Shown: positions 27,001 to 39,279 of the stretch, one piece after another
Position numbering within the stretch: the first letter of the stretch is position 1
How the letters are laid out: each line of letters begins with the position of its first letter
Source: Ruditapes philippinarum
Taxonomy: Eukaryota
Direction of reading: 5' to 3'
Assembly (NCBI RefSeq): GCF_026571515.1
Contig: NW_026857469.1
Span: 62,001 to 126,000, forward strand
Length of the DNA stretch: 64,000 bases
The notes under the pieces: model-generated
What the model was told of the DNA's origin: nothing
Databases searched by the model: none
What the model saw: the letters and a program-made list of their open reading frames with translations, nothing else
Position numbers and translations under genes: made by a program

Positions 27001-27335
27001 TGTTGTAAGTGCCTGTGAACTGTTTTAGGTAAACAAATATAATTAATTCCCAATAAGTCATTAATTTAGTAAGATGTAAATGAACTAGTATCTCTGGTGT
27101 TGTTGATTGATAGTAATTTTTGTAATGAATAATGTATTTGGTATTCTTATTACTATACTCATCCGAAAATTCTTTAGATGGATCGTTATGCAAACTTAAG
27201 TATATTTTATGGAAATACATATTGGGATTGGTTTATAATTGTCAAACATTCTCATTGTACACCCGACACACAAAAAAACGAAAGAGTCATACATGTGGTT
27301 TAACCGTGACAAAACTTATACATGTATATCAATGA
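21093..27335 (+). pseudogene. LRR-GPCR pseudogene copy 3 (5'-truncated)
   Basis: Colinear with the other copies from the first LDLa-like module to the tail. LRR SISKVIGGEVGVYLKLTYL (ORF 22026), hinge MFT*NCCAFF..SICNIII at ~25185, 7TM remnants at 25300-25950. Confidence 0.75.
21604..21923. mobile_element. MITE with TACTGTA...TACAG(C/T)A ends (TA-target, Tc1/mariner-type)
   Basis: TIRs tactgtatgtgta..ttcg / cgaattcaaatacacatacagca. Absent at paralogous sites ~1692, ~16612 and ~41167. Confidence 0.8.
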
Positions 27336-27477
27336 CTTAGCACTTGACAATAAGCTTTATCAAATTATTATGAATAAGAACATAATTATGTAATCGGTTA
27401 AGACAATGTTTGTTGTTTAAAACAAAAGATTTTGGCCATGAAAATTTCGAAAATCGGAAAATAATTTTGTCTTGTTT

Positions 27478-28645
27478 AGTAGGCAAAATAACTGACAGAT
27501 GAGAAAGACGGGATATAGTGAAATAGGCTTGACCAATATTTGGGGATTTTGTCCCGCCCTTCTCCCTGTCTGTAAGGCGTAGAGATATACTGTTTGTTTA
27601 CAGCAATAACCATTGCATTTCAATAACTGACAGGTGAGAAAGACGGGATATAGTGAAATAGACTTGACCAATATTTGGGAAGCTTGTCCCGCCTTTCTCC
27701 CTGTCTGTAAGGCGTTAAGTAAATATACTGTTTGTTTTACTGCAATTACCATTGTGCTACCTCTGGTCATCGTACATATTAATGTAAAAAGGATAAAAAC
27801 ATTACACAAACACTAAAGAAATTTATATCATATTATTTCCATTAAACATCTTATTTCCCTTATAATCCTATGTTTGGCGGAATTATTGGCGTGAATCCTC
27901 CATAAGCATATAACTATAGATATGTACAAGCAAAACAATTTCTGTTAAAATCAGCACAAATTGATTTAAACATTGCGTTAAAAAATCAGCACAAATGTTA
28001 TATCAAAACAGAACACAGCAAATCGTTCCAGCAGCAAATCCATATATCCTACTCATACTTATTCAGCCGCACTTATATTACTATTTTATGTTAATACTTA
28101 GTTGGCGCCGCAAAATAGCGATATGGCACCTTTTATAGCACAGCAACAAAAGCGGGTCCCGAAAAAGCATGGTGACCCCTCTCTAATAAATTAAACTTGG
28201 CCGAAGCTGATGGTTTGTTGCAGCTGAGCGCTTATACCATCCCCTCTGGAAGGATATCATTTGATTCACGCCGGTAACATCTTGCAGGAGTGTGAAGTCA
28301 CTGTCCCTTAGCCTAGCTTACTCAGTCATCAACGACGCTCCGAGCATTTCATCTGAAAAAAACATGAAAACAGCAGAAACAGACCCAAAAATACAATATC
28401 ATCAAACAAAAGGGAAGAGAGGGTGGGTTTCTAAATTAAACACTGCTGAGAAAACCTGCCTCTTTGGTTGCGGAAATTCAAGAAAGGCGGTGCCATAAAA
28501 ATATCCTGCGCGTTAGATTCATATAATTTTCTTTTACGGAATAGTTTGACAAGTTCATGAGGGATAGTTCTTTACAAGCTCGTAAGCGATAAAAACCGAA
28601 AATTGCCCCAAAACAAACAAGTGCTATTCTAAATTATAGCCCTCC
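27478..28645. mobile_element. Unclassified GC-richer insertion beginning with two tandem 135-bp hairpin units
   Basis: Not present at the paralogous site ~47335 (atcttatctgagtt). Units start at 27488 and 27623. Confidence 0.55.
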
Positions 28646-28846
28646 TTATCTGAGTTTTTGCTTTTTTATACGGTTTTTTTATCCTTACTATGTGAAAGTA
28701 TTTTACTATCTCATTCTAGTAAATATGATGAGTATCTTTACTAAACCAAAAGAAAACATGTTACAAAAACATATCAATTAAGTAGATTAAAGAAGACTCT
28801 TTCAACATTGTCAATGACACTTCCATATTGAAGAAGGAAAACAATG

Positions 28847-31738
28847 TAGTCAGACGGATTGCATGTTATCAATGATTACTACTTCATAACTGACAACATT
28901 GTGTCCAATACAGAGGTCAGAGACCCAGGGCTATCTGATTCGACAATGTAGTCAGACGGATTGCATGTTATCAATGATTACTACTTCATAACTGACAACA
29001 TTGTGTCCAATATAGAGGTCAGAGACCCAGGGCTATCTGATTCGAGTGGAAAGATAATTATTACGTGATCACTTTGCCGTCATTTTCAACGCTCGTCTGT
29101 ATAAGCCACCTCCAATAAAGAAAACTGTCTCTTTCCGTAAATTCAAATCGATTGACATTAAAGGTTTCAGAGAGGATATGAAATCATTAGATATATTAAA
29201 TGCGAATATTTGTATTTCCGACCTAGACGAATATGTGGAATCTTTGAACACTGGTTTGACAACCCTTATTGATAAACATGCTCCGCTAATAACAAAAACA
29301 ATCGTCCTCAGACCGTCTAATTCATGGTTTAATGACGAACTTCACAACGCAAAACATTCCAAACGAAAGCTGGAACGAAAATGGAAAAAATCTCAACTGA
29401 CAGTAGATCATGAAATTTACAGAAGTCAATGTGCGTATGTCAATAAATTACTCGAACGAACACGTATTAGCATTTATGCCGAAAAGATAGAATCATGTGG
29501 TCGTGACCAAAAAACTCTACTTTAAGTGACAAAAAATCTTCTTGGAAGTACCGATGAGGTTGTTTTACCTGTTGCTTCATCATCAGCCGACCTAGCTCAA
29601 GAGTTCAGTGATTTTTTCGTCGATAAAATAGATAAAATACGTGACAAGATTCGATCAGAGACAAACATTCAAGCTATACAGACGACACACAAGAGTGTAT
29701 GAATAGTGAAATAGATGAGCTAGTTGAATTTACACCTGTAACTGAAAATGAACTGAGAAAAGTTATATCAAAATCACAAAGTAAATCTTGTGAACTGGAT
29801 GTGATACCAACATGGCTGTTAAAAGAATGTTTGGACGAATTAGTCCCGTCATTGACAAAACTGATTAACTACTCATTAGATCGTTCATATGTTCCGAAAT
29901 CATTCAAAAGTTCCCTGATCAGACCGCTCATCAAGAAGCCAGATTTAGATACCACATTCTAAAGAATTACAGACCTGTTTCGAATCTGTCACACGTGTCT
30001 AAAATTCTTGAGAAAATAGTTGACTCTCGTCTGACTCTCGTCTGGAAGGATATTTAACAGCAAACGAGCTTCACGATCCCCATCAATCTGCATATAGAAA
30101 ATTCCATTCAATTGAAACAGCACTAATAAAAGTTCAAAATGATATATTGAATTCACTAGACAACAACGATGTTATCATGTTAGTCATGCTGGACTTATCA
30201 GCTGCATTCGATACAATCGACCACATTACACTTCTACAGCGCCTTAACACCAACTTTGGCATTTCTGTAAAAACCGTTAGAATGGATACGTTCATATCTA
30301 AGTGATCGACACTAGACTGTCACAATAAATGGTGAACTGTCAAACCCAGTCAAATTGAGCTACAGTGTGCCTCAAGAATCCGTTCTGGGACTAAAACTTT
30401 TTACTATGTACACTAAACCTGTTGGTGCAACATGTAAGAAACATGGATTGGAATACCATTATTATGCAGACGATGGACAACTGTACCCCTCCTTTAAACC
30501 AACATGTCCAGTCTCTAAGAATGACTCTTTAGATCGAGTTCAAAGCTGTCTTGCTGAAATAGTAACATGGATGAACAATAATATGTTGAAAATCAATGCT
30601 GACAAGACAGAAGTAATTATATTTATATCTCAGAGAAACCAACAGCATGTTGAGACCATAACTGTGACTATCGGAGATGAAAACATAAAACCATCAAATA
30701 GTGTAAGAAATCTTGGTGCTGTATTGGACAACAACATGACCCTGGAAAAAAACATTAACTCAGTTTGCAGATCTTGTTATGGACAACTTCGCCAGATTGG
30801 TTAAATAGGGAAATACCTGAATACTGAAGCAACAAAATCTTTAGTGAATTCTTTAGTCACCTCACGCATGGATTATTGTAATGCACTTTTATATGGTGTA
30901 CCTTAAACGACATTGAATAAACTACAACATTTTCAAAACACTGCTTCCCGCATCATCACAAGAACATCCAGATTTGAACATATCACTCCAGTATTGAAGA
31001 AACTACACTGGATTCCTGTGGTTTACCGAGTAGATGCAAACTTATAAAGCCCTACATGACCAGTCACCAATTTACCTTAAACATTTACTGGCGCTATATC
31101 AAACAACAAGAAACTTAAGATCAAAGAACTCTTCAAAGCAACTTGCTGTTCCCAAAAGTAGGACTGTAAGATATGGTGAACGCAGTTTCTCTTCGGTGGC
31201 ACCAAAACTGTGGAATGCTCTCCCAGACAGTATCAGAGACTCAAAAACAGTAGATGTTTTCAAGAAATCTTTAAAAACACATTTTTTCCAGAAAATTTAT
31301 AGTAACTAACTGTGCTGTATTTGTCATCACTGTGAATTGGCGTGCTGTCTTTTGTTATGAGATATCTGGGTATACATTTGAAATATTATAGTCTATTTTT
31401 GAATCACATTTCAATTATTGATTACTGTTTTATCAAATTGGATTTAGATTTCAGTTGTCTTATCTTGATTTGTATTTTTTATTAATTTTAATAGTTTTAA
31501 CGTTTCTCTTTATTTTATTTTCAAGTCTTAGATTATTCTTCATGTACATTTTTGATTTAGTTTTAGACTTTTAGATTAATCATGGCATATTTTATATTTT
31601 GTAAATGTATACATATATGTGTGTTATTATTTTTATTACTTTTTGTTTGTTTTTAAAGTCATTGTAAATGTATATAATTCCATTGTAAAGCGCCTTTGAA
31701 CATTTTATTTTTGAGAAGGGCGCTATAAAAATGTGGTA

Positions 31739-31770
<32 letters not shown>
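28847..31770 (+). mobile_element. 5'-truncated, decayed L2/CR1-group LINE (end of endonuclease region, RT, 3' UTR)
   Basis: RT motifs NYRPVSNL, LDLSAAFDTIDH, VPQESVLG, YADD. C-terminal LHWIP and RYGERSFS..APKLWNALP..FKKSLKTHFF. 3' stem-loop AGCGCCTT..AAGGGCGCT, (ATT)n tail 31738-31770, candidate TSD AACAATG (28840, 31771). Several stops and frameshifts. Confidence 0.95.
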
Positions 31771-31771
<1 letters not shown>

Positions 31772-34700
31772 ACAATGGAGGCAGAGTGTCCAGAGTGAAC
31801 GTTATGTAAGCATTTTAATGATATCACCCTCTTTAATGAAATTATTCTAACGTAGAAATTGGTGATGTTTTTATTGAATATGAAGTTAGTTTCTTCTGTT
31901 AAGGCACACACAATTTTACAGTAGAAAGATATCTATATGTGGCACGTGTGGTGTTTAAATGTTGAATTCTGCTTAAGTCGGTGCAAGGGGGCGTAGTTGC
32001 TTGCACTGCCACTTCCGTCTAAAAAGGTTCATTCAAATTGTGTCTACAATATGTTTAATCTCGCCGTTTTTGGGATTCTTTAGTTATTTTGTTTATGTTG
32101 AATGTGATTTTCTGTATCTTTACTCCTGATCAATTTACTATAATTAATTTAAGTAATACATATTCTTGTTCTGAGACTTAATCTAGGAATGTTCTTTTGA
32201 TGAGTGAATAATGACAAAAAGCGGTTCACAATAAAATTTTTAAAAATATACAGATATTTAACTGTGTGTAAAATATGCTAGCATAGATAACTGTCAATCA
32301 AATTCATATTGATTTACATTATTATTCTAAAAATGTCTGCAATTCCACAACTATACTATCTAACGCACGATCATCATTTAATGATCTATTAAAATGACTT
32401 TTACAGATAATGTTTAACATGTTTCATCAGTTTGTAAATTAATTTGTAAAATTGTATCATTGCTGGTTATTTTTATGCTAGCAATTGTGAATCAATGGAA
32501 TAATTAACGTGTAATGTTGGTTATCTAAACATACTAATGAAATTGGAGATGATTTTACAAATATAAAATGTATTCTTGCGTGTGTGCTCATAATATTTTC
32601 ATTTGTTGATTAATGTTGTTTTAATGAATACTCGAATGATGATGCAACCATTAAACTGCAGTTAAAGCAATTAAAATGAACATTTTACTTTATATATCTG
32701 AATACACTATTAAGTTTGAAAAAGACATTTTATAATGCTACCACTTAAAACAATTGCTACAACAGTATGAATGTTATTAATCAGGGTTTCAATTCATAGT
32801 TACTTACATAATGGTATATCTCAATTTCAGATATGACTCAACTATGTTTCTTACGAAAGAGGAAGTAAGTAAATTTTTGCCTGTAGAAATACAAATAATT
32901 TATTTCAGTAAGATCGAATCATCTGTGATAAACTTTAACTAATCACCTTAATGGCTAATGTCTTTTTATGTATCTTATATACATGAACAGAACATACATT
33001 TTATTTTAAACTTGTTCGTAGTACATCGCCATGCAAATGAATTAACAAACACTTATCACATGTCGCGTGGTCATGATATCACAAAATACAATATGATACT
33101 TAATCAGGTAAGAGAAGATACATTTTTTAACAACGAGAATGATAAAATGTGTTATGAATGATATGTTATAAGATAATATATTCTAAAACAAAAAGGTAAT
33201 ATATTCTAAAACATATATGTATAGCTTTACATTACCTCATGGTGTAAGCTAATGGGTATGAAAATATGTTGCACATTTCATATTATGACTCAGCTATTCT
33301 TAACCGAATAAATAGTTAACATTATTATTTCTCTCACATTCATTTTCAGGATTCAAACGGCAACTACATTTCTTTTGTTCTTACCACTTGTTTATCAGGC
33401 TGTTGTTTTAGATTAAAATTATAAATTAAATATCTAGATCTATATAATCCTTACAAATCAATGCGTTAATCCTTTATAAATTGTAGAAACCAATCGAATA
33501 CTTTTATAAAATCCCTTTGAAGGCTCGATTCATTGCTTATTCTACTTCATGTACAACTTCGAGTCTTTCAATATTATTGAACTCGTGTCTGACTGACGCA
33601 TGTTACAAACTAATGTAATAAATTAAATTTACATGTATATGAAAACTCGGGTAAACATCTTTAATGACTTATCTCATTGAAATATACTGCCTGTTTATTG
33701 AAACATACTGCCTGTTTGTTTAGTTTAATCCATTTACAACTAGTTACATTTGAAGAGCAAATTTGGGGAGTATATGACGCGCAGTCCTTTAAAATAGAGA
33801 AAAACAGAATCCCTCAAGATAGCCCAACACGGCAAAATTGACAATGTTGCAGGCTCGGTTTGATTGAGCCGGTTCATGGACGGTGCCGGAAAGCTTTAAA
33901 CCCATTACGACTGATATGTCTTAGTTTTCGTCTTCTTCTGTGTTCGTCGAGCCACTTGTAGGTAATGTTCTTGCTGCTCTGACTTCATAAAAGGCATTTG
34001 GTACTTTTGTTATGGTCATAATGTTTATCTTTATATGCATCTACGTGAGGATTTCTGTGGTTTATGTAACTTAAAGTAACAATATCAACTGTTAGAATTG
34101 CGCTTTGCGGTGGTTCATTTTATCTTCACTAACCCGTCTCACAGGGGGTTTCGGTTTAAATTCCATAGTAGTGAATTTTGCTGCTGCCCTAGTCGTTCCC
34201 TCTATAAGTTTTATGTTTGTATGTCTTATTAATTGTTTATACATAATTACACTTGTTGCCCCTCCCTTGTTGTGTCGCAAATTGAAAATAAAGAGAGAAA
34301 GTCTCAATTTCCGTCAAAAATAAGTATTTCTTTTCACTCTTTATTTTCAATTTTTGACACTCCCTTTCGTTGCCCCTACACCCTTATCACTGCAATTGGG
34401 TTTCCGTCTTTCATTGAAAACTACCGAACCTCATTTGCTATATTTTGATAATAACATGCTATTTATAAATTAATCTTAATAAACATATTTCAAATACATT
34501 TAACAACCAAATAAACATGGTGTCATGTAAAAATTAAATTAGGTTATATATAATTAAAGGAGGACAAATTTATTAGCAAAGTTGCAACTGCTCCTTAACA
34601 TGCTTTATTTCTTTTCATAACCTCTGCAACGATCTTACGTTTTGTGTATTTTGTTTGGTCATTTATGTACTTGAGTATTATAACGCTGTATTGATCATTT

Positions 34701-35884
34701 TTCTTGGACATAAAAATAATAAAAAGTTACAAAATATAGAATAAAGGGGAAGACATTTATACTGCTAAAGGCATACCCGAAGAACCGTATGCTTTCTTGA
34801 TCAAGATATGTCTTTAAAATAAAAAGGATAAAAATATCTGAGTTTTTTTCTTCCATTCATAACCCTTTGTCTTTTTGTATAAAATTAGATGTTTTCAGTC
34901 TGGAATCACGCACGTCTTCATGGAAAATAGCCTTCAATAACAGAAAGCAAGAAATCGGTGCAAAAGCACTTTCAAGTTATTAATTCTTCTAACATAGCGC
35001 ATTTTATTTTTACTGGCGGAAATTAAAACATGACGTCTGTGAATGTATTTTCTTTAAAATAAGTTGATCGCCTCTCCTTCAGTAAAGTAAACCATTAGAT
35101 TATTGAAGCATGTTCAATTTGACTTCTTATATCCGATATACTTCCATTACAATTTGAAAGCTTAAATGTTTTTAAAGGATAAATCACGTCTAGCTCAAGA
35201 GGAAACAAATCAGGTTTTCAATGATGGTATAGATTTCATTTACGTGACGTTTGTAAGATATACGAACATCAATGAAGACACTATAGTTTCATTTTAATCA
35301 GAAAATGTCAATATTGAGAATCAGAAATTTAATTGAGACCTGAGTGATATAACTGATTTAAAGTTTCTGATAATAGCGTTTACATTAAGTATTTAAAGTG
35401 GTTTAAAAGACATAGAAATGTTTAGTATCATATCGATGCCGTCAATGGAACGATGTAACCTATATTTTTTTCAAAATTCAGTCATAATATTTCATTCTTG
35501 TTCAGAAGAAAAAAATTACAAAGATTCTGTTGTGCTAAATGACCTACTTTCAAGCGTATTCAATGTAATCGAAAGACATAATTCAATCGTCTGTGAATAT
35601 ATTTCTTTTTACGATGCATCAAAATTATATCTCAAATGACTGACTTTCCTGTTTAGTAAGAAATTAGTCATATTTAGAAATTCGCAGACAAATCCTTACT
35701 TCATTTTTAGAGTTTCAATAGACTTTCGAGCTTTGGTTCTTTTAACTAAGAACTATTAATAAGTAGGTTTGATCATGTTTTGGTTCAGACTCAAAATTAT
35801 TATTGAAGGTGTCTCTTTTGTCTATCACACATTTCACGATAACAAATATACCCTTATCAGAACAATAATTCATACTATAGTTAG

Positions 35885-36245
35885 GTATACCCCCACAACC
35901 GATGATTAGGGTAAATAGGAGTCAGATTGTTCGTCCATCGGTCGGTCGGTCGAGTAGTCTTCTTCATGGTTTTTGGACGATAATTAAAGTTTGGAACAAG
36001 ATATTATAATTAAATTTGGTATATAGCAACCTTCTGTGGACCCCCTGGGATCAAGGTTACTTAAATAGAAAAAAGGTTTTCAGACAATAACTAGAGGTAT
36101 TTATGATATATTCTAATCAATCTTGGCAAGCTTATATAAAGGCCCGGTTAGAATTGCTTTTTGACCCCTCCCCCCCCCTGGGTGAAGGTCAAGGTTACTG
36201 CTACTAAATAGAAAAGGGGTTTCTGGATTATAACAGAAGCATAAT
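35885..36245 (+). mobile_element. Helentron-associated non-autonomous element (HINE-like)
   Basis: TATACCCC..GGGTA start, (GTCG)n microsatellite, repeated AAGGTCAAGGT/ACTAAATAGAAAA core. A remnant sits at the same position in copy 2 (14115-14300). Confidence 0.65.
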
Positions 36246-36293
36246 TATATACATATATATATAGAACATTTCACTTAAGTGTAGTAACAAATA

Positions 36294-36600
36294 GCCGTCC
36301 GGTTAGCACAATAGGTAAATTGTTGGATTATGAATCGGGCGGCCCGGATTCGATTCCCGGACGGCGCAGGTCACTTTAGTTGTGATTGATCATGAAATCC
36401 TTTCCACGGTCATTCGCACAGTACCTCTGCTCTGACATGTACAGAAGTTTCTGTTCCTTGCGAAAGTGATGGCAACTAGTACTAGTAAACTGCATGACAG
36501 CCTGCCAAGGAACGATGGGGTGTCTGAACTGTGCTCTGGTGAACTCAATGTGGCTTACTGCCGTGACTCGAAGTGAAACAACCTTAATTACAGCATACAT
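36294..36600 (+). mobile_element. tRNA-derived SINE with Meta/MESC-like central domain
   Basis: tRNA-like head 36294-36365 (acceptor stem GCCGTCC/GGACGGC, A box GGTTAGCACAATAGG, B box GATTCGATTCC), followed by GATTGATCATGAAAT..CGGTCATTC..GCGAAAGT..AGTACT..GCCTGCC, the conserved body of mollusc Meta-SINEs. No poly-T terminator after the head. Confidence 0.85.
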
Positions 36601-37241
36601 GATTACATGATCTTTAATGAGACTATGGATTGTATTAGTTTTATACATAAATGTTACATGATAATACGCAGGTTTAATTTAAATTTGAATAATTTTTTCT
36701 CCGTATTTTTTCCTCGCTTTGTCTTTCTCTCTCGTTAACAAAAACAATACTTAACAGATCATTATACTCTTTTAGCTATGTACTAATAATTACCTGTAAT
36801 GATATTAGGTATGTACTGCTGACACGTCATAAAATATGTATGGTCAAATCTTCCTTCAGAAGAACAATTTTTGTTGTTAAAAAAATTAAGGAGTTTGGTG
36901 TGGGTACGTGATAGCTCTAGTTGAATTGAAAATTTAAGAAATTTGAGGTTTATTTGAAGCAACCTGTAGTGTAATAGAAAACAACTGACTTGGGCTAAAA
37001 TAATGGCTAATCAACAGAGAAGGACTTGGTAATAGCTACATGTAAATATTAACATAAGTATCGTATTATTAATATATTCGTTATTGACATTTTTAACATA
37101 CTAAGAAAATTCGTAATTCCTTTTCATGTCCAAATTGCAGTTTCATATTCTATTGATTGGTTCTATTATGTTTTGGTCTGATTAAAACGGAAATACAAGC
37201 CTTCTAGTTAACAGCTCTATTTATAGTAAGCAAACTTCAAG

Positions 37242-39279
37242 TTTTTTTTGTTTGTTTGTTTGGATTTTTACGGCACGTCAACACATAACTGGCCATATCG
37301 TGCCGAATGCTATTAAAGGCTTAAAATGTTATGTAAAACTTTGTTAATGAAATAGAAATGAACCAATTAGATCCTAGAATACAAGTTAATCTCTTTCAAA
37401 TAATCAATTATGTTTTTTGATGGAATTGTATTAAAAAGTTCTTTGAGTGAATTTACAGAATTTACAGAATAAAATCTATTACGGGCCTGTGAAAAATCAT
37501 GACATTCAAGAAGAAATGCTTGACAGTAAAATTTTCATTACAACCTACACAGAAAGGGGCATTGTCATTTGTAAGGAGATAAGAGTGGGCAATTTTAGTG
37601 TGTCCAATTCGGCATCGAAGAAGAACTGTTTGATCACGGCGGTTCGACAGAGATAGAGATGATGACACATCAAGAGATGGGTTTATATCGTGAAGTTTAT
37701 TAAAAACGGCATGGTCCCAGTTTGCTTTCCATTCAGATGATACGAGTTTATTTATAGCCGGTCTAAAATCACATGCAGGTAACAATAAGTCAGTTTTTTG
37801 AAAAGTTAATGATTGTTTAGCTAAAGCATCTACTTTTTCATTTCCTCGTATTCCTACATGACTTGGAATCCAATATAATTTAACATATTTTGTTTTTAGT
37901 ATATCATGAAATCGTAAAAGAAGTTTCTTTACCATGATAGTGTCAGATTTTTTATTTTTAATGGATATTAAAACAGAAAGCGAGTCAGAAAATATCACAA
38001 ATGTATCGTGGGTATGCTGTGCTATGTGTGATAATGCTAAATCGATAGCTTTTGCTTCAGCAGTAAAAATTGATGCATTATCTGGTAACCTCATACTAGA
38101 TGTAAAATTATTTTCAAACACAGCCGCACCTACTTTGCAACCTTCTTTTGAACCGTCCGTATAAATATGTATAAAAATCTTCATGTTCTTCCTTAATTGC
38201 TAGAAACTTCTCTTTGAAATGTTCAGGTGAATTTGATGATTTTTTTATATTTGAAAGGTTAATATTTATTTTCGGGGAATTATAAGTCCAAGGTGGAACA
38301 TCCTCATCGTCATTTTGAAGGATACTGTCTGGATTAATTTTAAGTTTATCTAAATCATCTTTTAAACGAAGGCCTAATGGTTTAATTTCCTTTGGTTTGT
38401 TAACAAATTTTTCAGTATAACTTGGTTTGAAAATAATATTTTAGCTGGATTTTTGCTATTAGATGAAATTCTAGTTGCATATTGAAGTGATAGCTTTTTT
38501 CGACGAAGATGAAGCGATGGTTCCCCAGCTTCCGCATATAGACTTTCTACAGGTGAGGTGCGAAAAGCACCTAAAGCTAAACGTAAACCCTGGTGATGTA
38601 TGGTATCTAGCATTTGAAGATATGATTTTCTTGCAGACCCATATACTACAGAACCATAATCTAATTTTGATCGGATAAGACTTCTGTATAATTTCAGTAA
38701 TGTGGAAGAATTTGATCCCCAATTTGTACTTGATAAAACCTTAAGTAAATTTAAAGCTTTTAGGCATTTAGTTTTCAAATGTTTAATATGTGGTATAAAA
38801 GAAAGTTTTTTATCAAATATAATTCCTAAAAACTTAGCTTCATCAACTACTGGAATTTTAGAACCAGATATGTAAAGTTCAGGGTCATTATGTTGTTTCC
38901 GCAATCGACAGAAATGAACACATTGAGTTTTTGACTTTGAAAATTTAAAACCATTTTCTATTGCCCACTTTTGAATTTTATCTAAATTTTGTTGAAGTTG
39001 CCGTTCAATTGTTCTCATACTTTTCGATCGATAGCAGATAAGAAAATCGTCTACATATAGAGAACAATCTATGCCTGGTGTAAGAGCGCTAGCAATATTG
39101 TTTATTTTAAGGCCAAAAAGTGTAACAGAAAGTATGCTTCCTTGAGGAACACCTTGTTCTTGTTGGTGGTCCTGAGAAAAAGTTGAACCAAGTCTTACTT
39201 TAAAGTGCCTATCGTTTAAAAATCCAGAAATGAAAAGAGGAAGTCTGCCATTAAGTCCAGCATCCTTTAGATCTTTTAG
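37242..39279 (-). mobile_element. 5'-truncated I-group (I/Nimb/Loa-like) LINE with RT and RNase H
   Basis: Minus strand GVPQGSILSVTLF and SLYVDDF, RT thumb (ORF 38374-39018), RNase H IYTDGS..TAEAKAI..FSDSLS..WIPSHVGIRGNEKVD (ORF 37462-38184). (CAAA)n/poly-A tail at 37242. 12-bp TSD GCAA(A/T)CTTCAAG at 37230 and 39280. Frameshifted. Confidence 0.95.

Noticed and set aside
27784-28688. TIR pair gtaaaaaggataaaaac / gtttttttatccttac
   Set aside because: Low complexity, and the right copy lies beyond the point (~28646) where homology to the paralogous flank resumes.
36294-36365. Functional tRNA gene
   Set aside because: Imperfect anticodon stem, no terminator, and it continues directly into a SINE body.
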